From the NCBI GenBank assembly GCA_963806855.1, contig CAWDYW010000003.1, positions 480,001-544,000 on the forward strand: a DNA stretch of 64,000 nucleotides. Direction: 5' to 3'. This DNA is from an uncultured Verrucomicrobiae bacterium. Lineage in GTDB: Bacteria > Chlamydiota > Chlamydiia > Chlamydiales > Rhabdochlamydiaceae. The position numbers were made by a program, and so were the translations under genes. Shown piece by piece: positions 20,864 through 30,140 of this stretch (the stretch's first letter is position 1; every line of letters begins with the position of its first letter). Below the pieces are notes generated by a model. That model saw only the letters and a program-made list of their open reading frames with translations, was not told the DNA's origin and searched no databases.

Positions 20864-22676
20864 TTAGGCTATAAGCACTTCGGTACTGTTTCTCCAAAAT
20901 TCTCCGATCTTATTCGCGGTGAATGAGAGGGCATTTAAGGCCATTTCTTGCTGTGAATAGACCCCATAGGCAACAGCTAACAAACCTCCTCCGATGAGGG
21001 CATTTTTTAGTGTCGCATTCCGTGGGATGAAGGTCCTGATTTTGAAACGCCATGATAGGGGATTGCTCCCATGATGCCAAGAGCGGTTATAATTAGGATG
21101 CTGAAGAAGTTCACTTGGTAGATCGGTCAGTCGATTATTAGAACAGTCAAATAATTTCAGGCGCGTTAATTTGCCAATTTCGGGGGCCAATGAGATGAGG
21201 CGATTGTGAGATATGTACAGATGTTCCATCTGGGGAAACTCGCCGATTACGGAAGGCAATGAGGTGATGAAGTTACGAGCGAGACAAAGATCCTCTAAAA
21301 GCGGGAGTCTAATCTGCTCGAGGGGAAAGGAAGTGAATATATTATCATGTAGGTTAAGAATCTTCAAGGAGTTCAATTGGGACATCTCTATGGGTAATGA
21401 GCTGAGATAATTAAAGCTCAGCCCAATTTCTAATATCTTGCCAAGTTGTCCTATTGTAGAAGGGAGTTCTTGGATTTGATTTCCAGAAAGAATAAGATTT
21501 GTTAATTCGCGCAGTTCGCCAATCTGCTTTGGCAATGATCTGAGTTGGTTCCCGCGTACATCAAGGTGTAGCAATTTTGAGAGTTTGCCGAGTTCAGCTG
21601 GCAAATTAGAAAGTTGATTTCCTCTGAGGTCTAGGATTTGCAAATGAGGAAGATTTCCGATTGTAGGTGGGATGGAGGTGAGGCAATTGTCTGAAAGATC
21701 AAGTTCAGCCAAATTAGTAAGACGGTCAATTCCAGAAGGCAATTCAGTCAGGTTATTTCCGCTAAGATCAAGTTCGGTTAATCCAGTCAACGCCCCAATT
21801 TCTATAGGGAGTGAAGTGAGATTGCGGCTACTAATTCCTAATTGAGTCAACTGAGCGAGAGCTTCTCTGTGTTCATGAAACCAAGCAGGAAATTGGCCTG
21901 CCAAATTGATCACATCTTCTAAGGTAATCACATTCTCAATGCCTGGAGGAGGAGGCAATCGCAACGCTTGTAATAATGCCGCCCAAAATACGAACGTATT
22001 ATGTGCTTTGACCAAAGCTTTATTTTCCCGTAACCATTGACGAAGCTCATTTTCTTTTTCGATTTCTAAAGATGAGGTAGGAAAATTGGGTTCAAGATCA
22101 GGATAACCTAATTGTAATGCTAAATTGGGGAATCCACGAAGGCCGGTTCTTATGTTGCTAATAATGCTGCTTAATTTTTTGAGATCATTATGCGCCTTAA
22201 GCCATTTCTGCATATGCTTGATCTCTTCAATTGTGGGCGCTTTCAGCATTCTTGTTATGTCGTCGGGTCGCTTATTGATTTTTTCTATTTCAGATCGCAA
22301 ATGGCTAATAAAGCGAAGCACTTGGTGAAGAGGACTTGTTGTTGATCGGGCAGTTGATCTGATTAGCAATGGATCGCCAGACTTGATGGTCAGACGCAAA
22401 TGCATTTGGACTCTTAGCCGTTCTGCTAAACTGAGCCAGTAAAGGGAGATCGAATCGAGAGAGCAACGCAACTTTAAGTTCATCAGGCAGTTCTGCAAAA
22501 TCAAGCAGAGGAGTCGCTTCTGGCGTCACTACAGGAGCGATAGCAGGGGGAGTAGATGGAAATATTTTTGTATAGACTGTAGTAACCAACGTTGCCTGAG
22601 ATTCTCTTATCGAAAGTTCCTGAGTAGGTTGAGGCCAAGGTTGAAAAGGCTGTCTTTCAATTATTTTTGTTGTCAT
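20864..22676 (-). pseudogene. F-box-like + LRR tandem paralog, frameshifted
   Basis: Closely similar to 18910-20733; an 11-nt deletion near 22329 splits it into two ORFs. Confidence 0.8.
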
Positions 22677-22726
22677 TTTAATTAATTATATTAAATTTGA
22701 CATTAAAGTTATATATAAACATTTTT

Positions 22727-24643
22727 TTATTTACGCAATAGTCGTAAGCTATTGAGCCCTACAATTACTGTTCCCCCTTCATGGAGGATGACGGCGAGCC
22801 AGAGGGGGATATACCCGAGGAGGGCGGGGGTGGTGGCCAGGCAGATGACGGCGAGGGCCAAGATCAGGTTTTGCTTGACGATGCCGACTGTTTGGTGGGA
22901 TTTGGAGATGAGCCAATCGAGGAGCGAGAGGTCATCTTTGAGGAAGACGACATCGGAGGCGTCGACGGCAGTCGCGCTGCCGATTTTGCCCATCGAGATG
23001 CCGACGGTGGCGCGGGCGAGCGAGGGGGCGTCGTTGATCCCATCGCCGACCATGATGAGTCCATTTTCGAGAGAGAGCTCGGTCACTTTGTTCAATTTAT
23101 CTTCGGGACGGAGGTTGGCGAAAACGGTGGGGATGTTGAGGGTGCGGGCGACGATCTGGGCGTTCTCTGTATGGTCGCCGGTGAGCATCACGCAGGAGAG
23201 TTTTTTGGAGAGGGTCGTCACAGCCTCGAGTGATTCGGGACGGATGTCGTCGGTAAAATGGAAGACGAAGACCGATTTCCCGATGCGCAGAAAGGTATTT
23301 TGGGTTTTCCACTGTATTGGAGGCAGTGGCTCTCCGATGTAGTCTGGATGGCCTATGAAGACTTCTTCTTGGCCGACTTTGCCTTGGAGGCCGTAACCAG
23401 GGACGCTTTTAAATTCGGCAATTTCAAGGGGAGCGATTTTTCTCTCGGCGGCGAGGTTTAAAATCGCTTCGCCGATGGGGTGGACAGCATGTTTTTCGAG
23501 GCCCGCTGCAATGGCGATCGCTCGTTCGACAGGGATGCCGCCATCTTTCAGCATCTCGGTGCCGGTGCAGGTCAGTTTGCCGGTGGTGAGGGTGCCGGTT
23601 TTGTCGAAGGCGATGATCGAGCAGCTTGCGAGGGCGTCGAGGAGGGTGCCCCCTTTGAGGAGGATCCCTTTGCGGGCGCAGCTGGAGATAGCGCTGAGGT
23701 AGGCGGTCGGTGTCGCGATGATCAGGGCGCAGGGCGATGCGGCGATGAGGAAGGTGAGGGCTCGGTAGATGGAGCCTTCATAGCCGAGGTAGGGCATCGC
23801 AAAGAGGAAGGGGAGGGCTAAAGCAAAAAAGAGCGAGAGGATGATGATGATGGTCGAGTACCATTTGCCAAAGCGGTCGAAGAGTCGTTCTAGGCGGGGT
23901 TTTGCTCCTTGGGCTTTGGTGATGAGGCTGATGATGCGGCCGAGGGTTGAGTCGGCGCTGCTGCGGGTGACAGTGAGGGTCAGGGTGCCATCGAGGTTAT
24001 AGGCGCCCGCTGGCACTTCATCGCCGATGCGTCTGGCCTGTGACTCTGTTTCGCCGGTGAGATGGGCGAGGTTGACAAACGAGCTGCCGGCGATCACTTT
24101 GCCATCGAGAGGGACCACTTCGCCCGCTTTGATCAGGATGGGTGTGTGGATGGCCACTTCGCGGATCGCTTTCTCGACCACGATCCCATCGGATTCGATG
24201 ACGAAAGCGGTTTTGGGGGAGAGGCGTTGCAGGGAGATGAGGGCGCTTTTGGTCTTTTCGGTCACCATGTTCTCCATCGCGGCCGAAAATTCGAAGAGGA
24301 CGAGCAGGAGTGCCCCTTCGATGCCGCTTCCGATGAGGACCGAGAGGAGGGCGGCGAGGGTCATCAAGACATCGATGTTGATTTCAAAATTGCGCAGGTC
24401 TTCGAAGGAGTTGAGCAGGGCTGGGGTGCCGACGAGAAAATAGACCGAGGCGAGGCAAAGGTTTGAAGCATGGGGATTGATGAACGAGAGGGTAAATGCA
24501 ACCGCAAGGAGCAGGGCGGCAAACAAGGCGCTTTTGAGCGAGAGGTTTTTGCCCCAGCTGCGCGATTTGGGGGTGAGGAAGGGGCTGATCGACTCATCGC
24601 GACCAGAGGCAAAAAATTCATCAAAAATGTAGGGGTTGCTCAT
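22727..24643 (-). CDS. zntA: Heavy-metal P1B-type ATPase (P1B-4-like)
   Basis: SPC, DKTGT, HP, TGD, GDGINDAP and HEGGT motifs. Start reassigned to ATG 24643. Confidence 0.93.
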   Translation of the reverse strand: MSNPYIFDEFFASGRDESISPFLTPKSRSWGKNLSLKSALFAALLLAVAFTLSFINPHASNLCLASVYFLVGTPALLNSFEDLRNFEINIDVLMTLAALLSVLIGSGIEGALLLVLFEFSAAMENMVTEKTKSALISLQRLSPKTAFVIESDGIVVEKAIREVAIHTPILIKAGEVVPLDGKVIAGSSFVNLAHLTGETESQARRIGDEVPAGAYNLDGTLTLTVTRSSADSTLGRIISLITKAQGAKPRLERLFDRFGKWYSTIIIILSLFFALALPFLFAMPYLGYEGSIYRALTFLIAASPCALIIATPTAYLSAISSCARKGILLKGGTLLDALASCSIIAFDKTGTLTTGKLTCTGTEMLKDGGIPVERAIAIAAGLEKHAVHPIGEAILNLAAERKIAPLEIAEFKSVPGYGLQGKVGQEEVFIGHPDYIGEPLPPIQWKTQNTFLRIGKSVFVFHFTDDIRPESLEAVTTLSKKLSCVMLTGDHTENAQIVARTLNIPTVFANLRPEDKLNKVTELSLENGLIMVGDGINDAPSLARATVGISMGKIGSATAVDASDVVFLKDDLSLLDWLISKSHQTVGIVKQNLILALAVICLATTPALLGYIPLWLAVILHEGGTVIVGLNSLRLLRK

Positions 24644-25386
24644 ACAATCAATCGGGTGAGGAAATAGGCTCCAGCACAAGCAAAGGCGGCGAGAGCGAGG
24701 TTCCAAACCACATGGGTAATTTGTTTTCGTTTCTCAAAGCGGGCAGTCAGGTTTGAGGTAATGATGAGGATGAGCGCGGCTACAACAGGAACGCCAAAAG
24801 TAGGGAAAAAGGTTAAGGCGAGCGTCGCAGCAGTGGCGCAGATAAGGGTGCCGAGGAATGCGCCAAAGGCCTGTTTTAGCGGGTGTTCGATCACTTCGAG
24901 GGTGAGGCCAAGCTCCTCTTCAAGCATGACGCGGAGGAGTCGATTATCATCGGCCATCAGCACGTCGACCACTTCGTCGAGCAGCTTGCCGGAAAACCCT
25001 TTTACTTCATACATCTCGCGCAGTTCTTGGCCTTCTTGCTCGCGATGGTGCTCGATTTCGTACCGCTCTTCTTCAATAAGGCGATGGACCCGCTCTAAAC
25101 GCGAGTAGCCGAGGAGCGCACTGCGGCCCGTTTTCCAGATGAGCCACCCAAATCCAAAAGCGATGAAGATCGTGAGGAGGGGAAGGGATAGGGCCGAGGC
25201 GACTGCCCATAGAATGAGGTAGGCGAGGGCTGTCTCATTGGCGCTATCGGCACCGGCGAACAAATGGCCGGGGAGCTCAATACCGTGTGTTTCGGCAGTC
25301 GCTTTAGCTCCTCGCTCGCGCGCATTTTTGAGGTGCTCGAAGACCGATTGCCCTTGGAAGTGCTCCGGCGGGGTGTGGTGGGTCAT
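24640..25386 (-). CDS. VIT1/CCC1-family membrane protein
   Basis: E-rich EEERYEIE..ELREMY..KGF..EEELGL..P.KQA core with TM helices; ATGA-coupled to neighbours. Confidence 0.85.
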   Translation of the reverse strand: MTHHTPPEHFQGQSVFEHLKNARERGAKATAETHGIELPGHLFAGADSANETALAYLILWAVASALSLPLLTIFIAFGFGWLIWKTGRSALLGYSRLERVHRLIEEERYEIEHHREQEGQELREMYEVKGFSGKLLDEVVDVLMADDNRLLRVMLEEELGLTLEVIEHPLKQAFGAFLGTLICATAATLALTFFPTFGVPVVAALILIITSNLTARFEKRKQITHVVWNLALAAFACAGAYFLTRLIV

Positions 25387-26657
25387 AGGCCACCCTGGAT
25401 GAAATAGGTGAGCAGCGCACACATATCGACGTGATCTTGGCAGGCGATCACTTCACGCGCGGCATGCATCGAGAGCTCGGGGATGCCGATGTCGACCGTC
25501 TCGATGCCCAATTTGGAAGCGAAAATCGGTCCGACGGTCGATCCTGCCATATTGTCCGACCGGTTGACAAATTTTTGGCATTTGAGGTCGAGCAGTTGGC
25601 AGAGGTGGGAGATGAAGGCCCCTGTTTTTCCATTCGATGTGTAGCGCATATCGGCGTTGTATTTGATCGTGATCCCTTCTCCGAGTAAGGGGGCGTGGTT
25701 CGGATCGTACTTGTTTTCGTAATTCGGGTTGAGGGCATGCGACACGTCGACCGAGAGGCAGAGGGAATTGCGCCGAAGGATAATCTCCTCTTCGACATTC
25801 AATTGATAGAAATCGCATATTCGACAGTAGATATCGTGGAAGAAGGTCGATTCCGCGCCGATCTGCGTCGACGAGCCGACCTCTTCGTGATCCCAGAAAA
25901 TCCCCATCGAGAGCACATCAGGAGAAGGGGTTTTGAGATTGCCTAAAGCAACGAGACCAGCATGGGTGCTACTGAGATTGTCGAGTCGATAGCTGGCGAG
26001 CATCTCTCCATTTTTCCCTATGAAGCGTGGACTCTCAATCGGCACGAGAAAGAGATCGAAATCTAAAAGCGCATGGAATGAATGTTGCTCCCGAATAAGA
26101 CTCTCCACATAATTTTTCTCGAATTTTAAGGAGGCCACTGGGGAAAGATGATCCTGTTTGTTGAGCTCGAGACCCTTTTTAAAGGCTTCTCGATCCAAAT
26201 GGGGAGCGAGCACCGGGATGATGACCGGCGCGTCATCGAGCAGTACGAGCAACTCTTCGATCTCTCCATCCTCTCGCTCGACGATTACACGGCCTGCTAT
26301 GGCTAAATCTCGATTAGTCCAAGTGGGGAGGATCGGAGCCCCATAAACTTCGACGCCAAGCTGCACCATGTTCTTTTTTTCGATCTCTGGATGGGGTTTG
26401 AGCTTGAGAGCGGGACTATCGGTGTGGGCAGCAAGGATGGACATCCGATCGAGCCGCTCCGTTGGCAGAGCAAATGCTGCGATCGATCCATCTTGGATGG
26501 CGAAGTACTTTTTCCCTCTTTCTAGTTTCCATTTCTCTTCCGGATAGAGCGGAATGAAGTCGAGCGAGGCGAGCCGGTTGCTCATCTCGATCGCCGCATG
26601 CCACGACGTGGGAGAGTGGGTTAGAAAATCAGAAAGATCGTCTAATAAGTGGGTCAT
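25383..26657 (-). CDS. M18 family (aspartyl) aminopeptidase
   Basis: AHTDSP, RLDNL, DHEEVGS, D.SHA, GSTVGP, LSMH. Confidence 0.94.
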   Translation of the reverse strand: MTHLLDDLSDFLTHSPTSWHAAIEMSNRLASLDFIPLYPEEKWKLERGKKYFAIQDGSIAAFALPTERLDRMSILAAHTDSPALKLKPHPEIEKKNMVQLGVEVYGAPILPTWTNRDLAIAGRVIVEREDGEIEELLVLLDDAPVIIPVLAPHLDREAFKKGLELNKQDHLSPVASLKFEKNYVESLIREQHSFHALLDFDLFLVPIESPRFIGKNGEMLASYRLDNLSSTHAGLVALGNLKTPSPDVLSMGIFWDHEEVGSSTQIGAESTFFHDIYCRICDFYQLNVEEEIILRRNSLCLSVDVSHALNPNYENKYDPNHAPLLGEGITIKYNADMRYTSNGKTGAFISHLCQLLDLKCQKFVNRSDNMAGSTVGPIFASKLGIETVDIGIPELSMHAAREVIACQDHVDMCALLTYFIQGGL

Positions 26658-27931
26658 GAGGGGGTCAGCTCCTTCATTCCGTTGAGATATTTATGCAATA
26701 CGAGCGGGATCGCCACCGAGCCATCTTCCCGTTGATTGTTTTCCAAGAGGGCCACCATCAAGCGGGAGGTCGCCAGTCCCGATCCATTCAATGTATGACA
26801 CAATTCAGGTTTTTCTTGCTTGATTTTGTAGCGGGTCTGCGATCTTCGCGCTTGGAAATCGGTGCAATGAGAAACCGATGAGACCTCGTAGTACCGGTTT
26901 TGCCCTGGCAGCCACACCTCTAAGTCGATCGTCTTCGCCGCAGCAAAAGACATATCGCCTGTCACGAGTTCAGTTGTCCTGAAGTGGAGTCCCAATCCAG
27001 CGATCAACGTTTCAGCAGCATTCAACATCTCTTGGTAAATCGGCTCGCTTTGCTCATGGGTAGTGAAGGCAAACATCTCCACCTTGTTGAATTGGTGCAT
27101 CCGAATAAGTCCCCGTTCCTGCGCCCCCAATCCTCCGGCTTCTCTTCTGAAACAAGGAGTATAGGCGACATATTTGAGCGGCAGCTCCTCTCCATCGAGA
27201 ATTTCATTGTAGTGAAGACCCATCAAAGCCATTTCGGCAGTCGGAATCAAATACAAATGGTAGTCTTCGTCCTGCAATTTAAAGAGCTGATTCTCAAATT
27301 TAGGCAAATTCCCTGCCCCAAATGCGATTTCGGGACGCACAAGCAAAGGGGGGAGCCAAAACTTAAATCCATTTTCCATATGGAAATCGAGCATGTAATT
27401 GAGCAGCGCCCACTCCAATTTCGCTCCATTGCCACAGTAGGCTGGCCAGCTGCTTCCAGACGTTTTTGCAGCCCGCTTGAAGTCAAACAGATGGAGCCGT
27501 TCGTTTAATTCGACATGATTCTTCGCTGCGAAGGCAAATTCAGGTTTTTGACCTGATACCCTTACGACCACATTGTCTTCGACATGATGGGAGACCTTGA
27601 TTTCAGGATTTGGCAAGTTGGGCAAGCGGGCGAGCAGATCGTCAAGGCTTTTCTCTTTCTCGGCCAGTTCCCTGTCAAGGGCCGCTGCTTCATCTCCGAG
27701 GCCAGCCACTTCTTCCATCTGTTCCGATGAGTCTATTCCAGCCCGTTTTTTTTCGCCGATTTCTTTCGAGAGCAAATTCCGTCTGCTTTTGATTTCTTCA
27801 GCTTTGGTCTTTAGGTGGCGCACCTCTTCATCGAGAGCGAGGATATAAGTGAGGTCGATGGTCGGATCTTTACTTTTGAGTCTTGTTTCGATTGCGACCG
27901 GATCTTTGCGCAAGAGTTTCATATCGAGCAT
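26654..27931 (-). CDS. serS: Serine--tRNA ligase
   Basis: LIPTAE, FRREAG..GLIRMHQFNKVE, EVSSVS, TLNGSGLA. Start reassigned to ATG 27931. Confidence 0.97.
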   Translation of the reverse strand: MLDMKLLRKDPVAIETRLKSKDPTIDLTYILALDEEVRHLKTKAEEIKSRRNLLSKEIGEKKRAGIDSSEQMEEVAGLGDEAAALDRELAEKEKSLDDLLARLPNLPNPEIKVSHHVEDNVVVRVSGQKPEFAFAAKNHVELNERLHLFDFKRAAKTSGSSWPAYCGNGAKLEWALLNYMLDFHMENGFKFWLPPLLVRPEIAFGAGNLPKFENQLFKLQDEDYHLYLIPTAEMALMGLHYNEILDGEELPLKYVAYTPCFRREAGGLGAQERGLIRMHQFNKVEMFAFTTHEQSEPIYQEMLNAAETLIAGLGLHFRTTELVTGDMSFAAAKTIDLEVWLPGQNRYYEVSSVSHCTDFQARRSQTRYKIKQEKPELCHTLNGSGLATSRLMVALLENNQREDGSVAIPLVLHKYLNGMKELTPS

Positions 27932-28012
27932 AATTGATTTCCTTTGAATAACATAAAAATTGTAATGGAAACTGGGGGTGGTTGTCAATGAATGGTTAGG
28001 GAGTGTTGGTTT

Positions 28013-28331
28013 GGGTTTCAATAGACATGTCGGGTGACACAGCACTCCGTGTCCGGTGTCCCCCGCGACCCCCTTGGGCCTCACCTCGCAAAGCAAAATC
28101 GTACCGCAGGAGAGCACCGCACCCCTAGACTTTATTGAACCGGTACAAATGAGAAATTGGGAAAAAAGAGTTAGGGTTCAGTGAAGTCTGGAGGGTGGGG
28201 CGTGGGAGGGTAGGACTCCGTCCACTCTCCCGACGAGGACACGATTTGGCAAAGCGAGGTGAGGCTCAAGAGGGGTCGCGGGGGACACCGGACACGGAGT
28301 GCTGTGTCACCCGACATGTCTATAGAAACCC
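28013..28331. repeat. 319-bp palindromic element (MITE-like)
   Basis: Arms 28013-28089 and 28254-28331 are nearly perfectly complementary; inner stem 28121-28141 / 28174-28196. Confidence 0.9.
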
Positions 28332-28344
28332 TAAACAATTCTTA

Positions 28345-28887
28345 TTATCCACTAATTCTAAGATTATATTTAGCGAGCGTGTCTTTGTCTTTGCTGAGGA
28401 TCATTTGGAGGAGGGCGCTGTCGGGGAGGTCCTTGAGGGGGACTTCACTCTTGTCATCGGTGATGCCGAGGAGGTGGAGATCGTGGATGATCTGCCGACG
28501 GGTTCCCCACTTCAGGGAAATGTTGGCCCCATTGAAAATTCCGAGACGGCCAAGCAAGAACTCGAATCGATTGGAATCGGTTAAGAGGCGCTTAAGATGC
28601 TCGATATTTTTATCGAACTGACTCCGCTCTTGCTGCCGGACTAGCTCCTTGGTGGCGTAGATGAGAAGGGGGACGCCGATGATGCTCACCATCAGGGCGA
28701 TTGCGACGAGGAAGGCAGCGGTATGGACGAGGGTCTTTTGGATGATCCCTTCAGAATTGCGGATCCAATAAATGATTCGCCCCATCCAGTTGTATTCCTT
28801 CCATGGACGCTCCATTTTTTTGATTTCATCATGCACTTCAATTGAAAAATCTTCGCGTTTGACTGGAATTGTAATGGTCGTTGTCAT
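28345..28887 (-). CDS. Hypothetical membrane protein (Inc-like hydrophobic hairpin)
   Basis: 180 aa with a long central hydrophobic stretch followed by a coiled-coil-like segment. Confidence 0.7.
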   Translation of the reverse strand: MTTTITIPVKREDFSIEVHDEIKKMERPWKEYNWMGRIIYWIRNSEGIIQKTLVHTAAFLVAIALMVSIIGVPLLIYATKELVRQQERSQFDKNIEHLKRLLTDSNRFEFLLGRLGIFNGANISLKWGTRRQIIHDLHLLGITDDKSEVPLKDLPDSALLQMILSKDKDTLAKYNLRISG

Positions 28888-29018
28888 GGATGTGCCCTAA
28901 AATTTTTTCTATAGAGCGATTATATCTGGGAGGGGAGTATAGTTCAATGAAGAAAAATATCCTTGAATGGGCGGCTAGTCTATGATAAAATTGGACTGTT
29001 TCCATGAGGTAAAACACT

Positions 29019-30140
29019 ATGACCACGTCTCGCAATCCCGAGCCAAAGAATCCGCTAATTTTGCGCTTTCATCGACTGATGGATGCTTTCGCAAAATCTG
29101 ATGATGAACGCGATTTCTATCTCGATAAGATTGAAGGGTTTATCCTTTTTGTCGACCTCGATAAAGGGCAGGATGATCTCGATGCCCTCGACAAAGAATT
29201 GCAAGAACATGCTGACCGGTATGTCCTTTTGCCAAAGCTGACTTTCTATGAATCAAAGAAATTCATGGAGGGATTTGTCAATGAAAAAGTTTATGATATT
29301 GATACGAAGGAGAAGCTGCTCGAAATCATCCAAGCGAAGGAATCGAGAGAGAACTTCCTCGAGTTCATTTACGACCATCTGACCGAACTCGAAAAATGGC
29401 AACAGTTCTATATCGAGCGCTCCCGTATTCGGATCATCGAATGGCTCCGCAATCAGGGGATCCATTTTGTATTCGAAGAGGATCTCGATCTGTCAAAAAG
29501 TTTAATTGAAAAGGTGAAGAAGCATCTCTTCGACACCAAAGTGCCCCGCGATATCACCGGGGCTAGAGAGGCTCTTGATGCCAAATCAAAAACCTATTAT
29601 TCCAACGAGGCACTCAATCCAAGACCCAAGCGAGGACGCCCACCCAAACAGGTGGCGAAGGTGGAATTGGAGCCGCAGTTTACGATGGATATTTATACGA
29701 CCGTCCCTGCTGTCGCCCGTCATTTCCTCTTTGTGCCCGACATCACAAGCGCAACTGGCATCACCTTCTCGTCCCGCTATGAGACCGAAGCTGATCTCTT
29801 GGCTAGCTTGCGAGGAAGCTCTCGCATTAAGGTCGATGAAAAACTACAAGCCCTCTCAGAGCGCTTGGAATCTCTCCGTCACATCTCATCTCGTCTTGCA
29901 GATCTCAAGGAAATAGTGCCGGAAGGGGAGGAGAAATTGATCCGCGCCGCCGCGATCACCTCCATTCCAGAAGAGGAAGAGACGCCCCAGAAGAAGAAGG
30001 GGATCATGCAGGTGGTCAAAGGATTCCTGCCTAAAAAGAAAACTGCTCCAAAAGTGGAAGAGGGCGAAGAAGGTAAACAGGTTGTCCGCCAAGCCAAGAC
30101 GGTTACCCCCATAAAGCAGAAAAAGGGGACGAAGAAATAG
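29019..30140 (+). CDS. UPF0158 family chlamydial conserved protein
   Basis: NPLILRFHRLMDAFAKSDDERDFYLD, EALNPRPKRGRPPKQ. Confidence 0.9.
   Translation: MTTSRNPEPKNPLILRFHRLMDAFAKSDDERDFYLDKIEGFILFVDLDKGQDDLDALDKELQEHADRYVLLPKLTFYESKKFMEGFVNEKVYDIDTKEKLLEIIQAKESRENFLEFIYDHLTELEKWQQFYIERSRIRIIEWLRNQGIHFVFEEDLDLSKSLIEKVKKHLFDTKVPRDITGAREALDAKSKTYYSNEALNPRPKRGRPPKQVAKVELEPQFTMDIYTTVPAVARHFLFVPDITSATGITFSSRYETEADLLASLRGSSRIKVDEKLQALSERLESLRHISSRLADLKEIVPEGEEKLIRAAAITSIPEEEETPQKKKGIMQVVKGFLPKKKTAPKVEEGEEGKQVVRQAKTVTPIKQKKGTKK

Noticed and set aside
27932..28584. N-terminal extension of SerS (to 28117) and + strand ORFs 28195/28259
   Set aside because: These are read-through of the GC-rich palindrome; SerS homology starts at MLD (27931).
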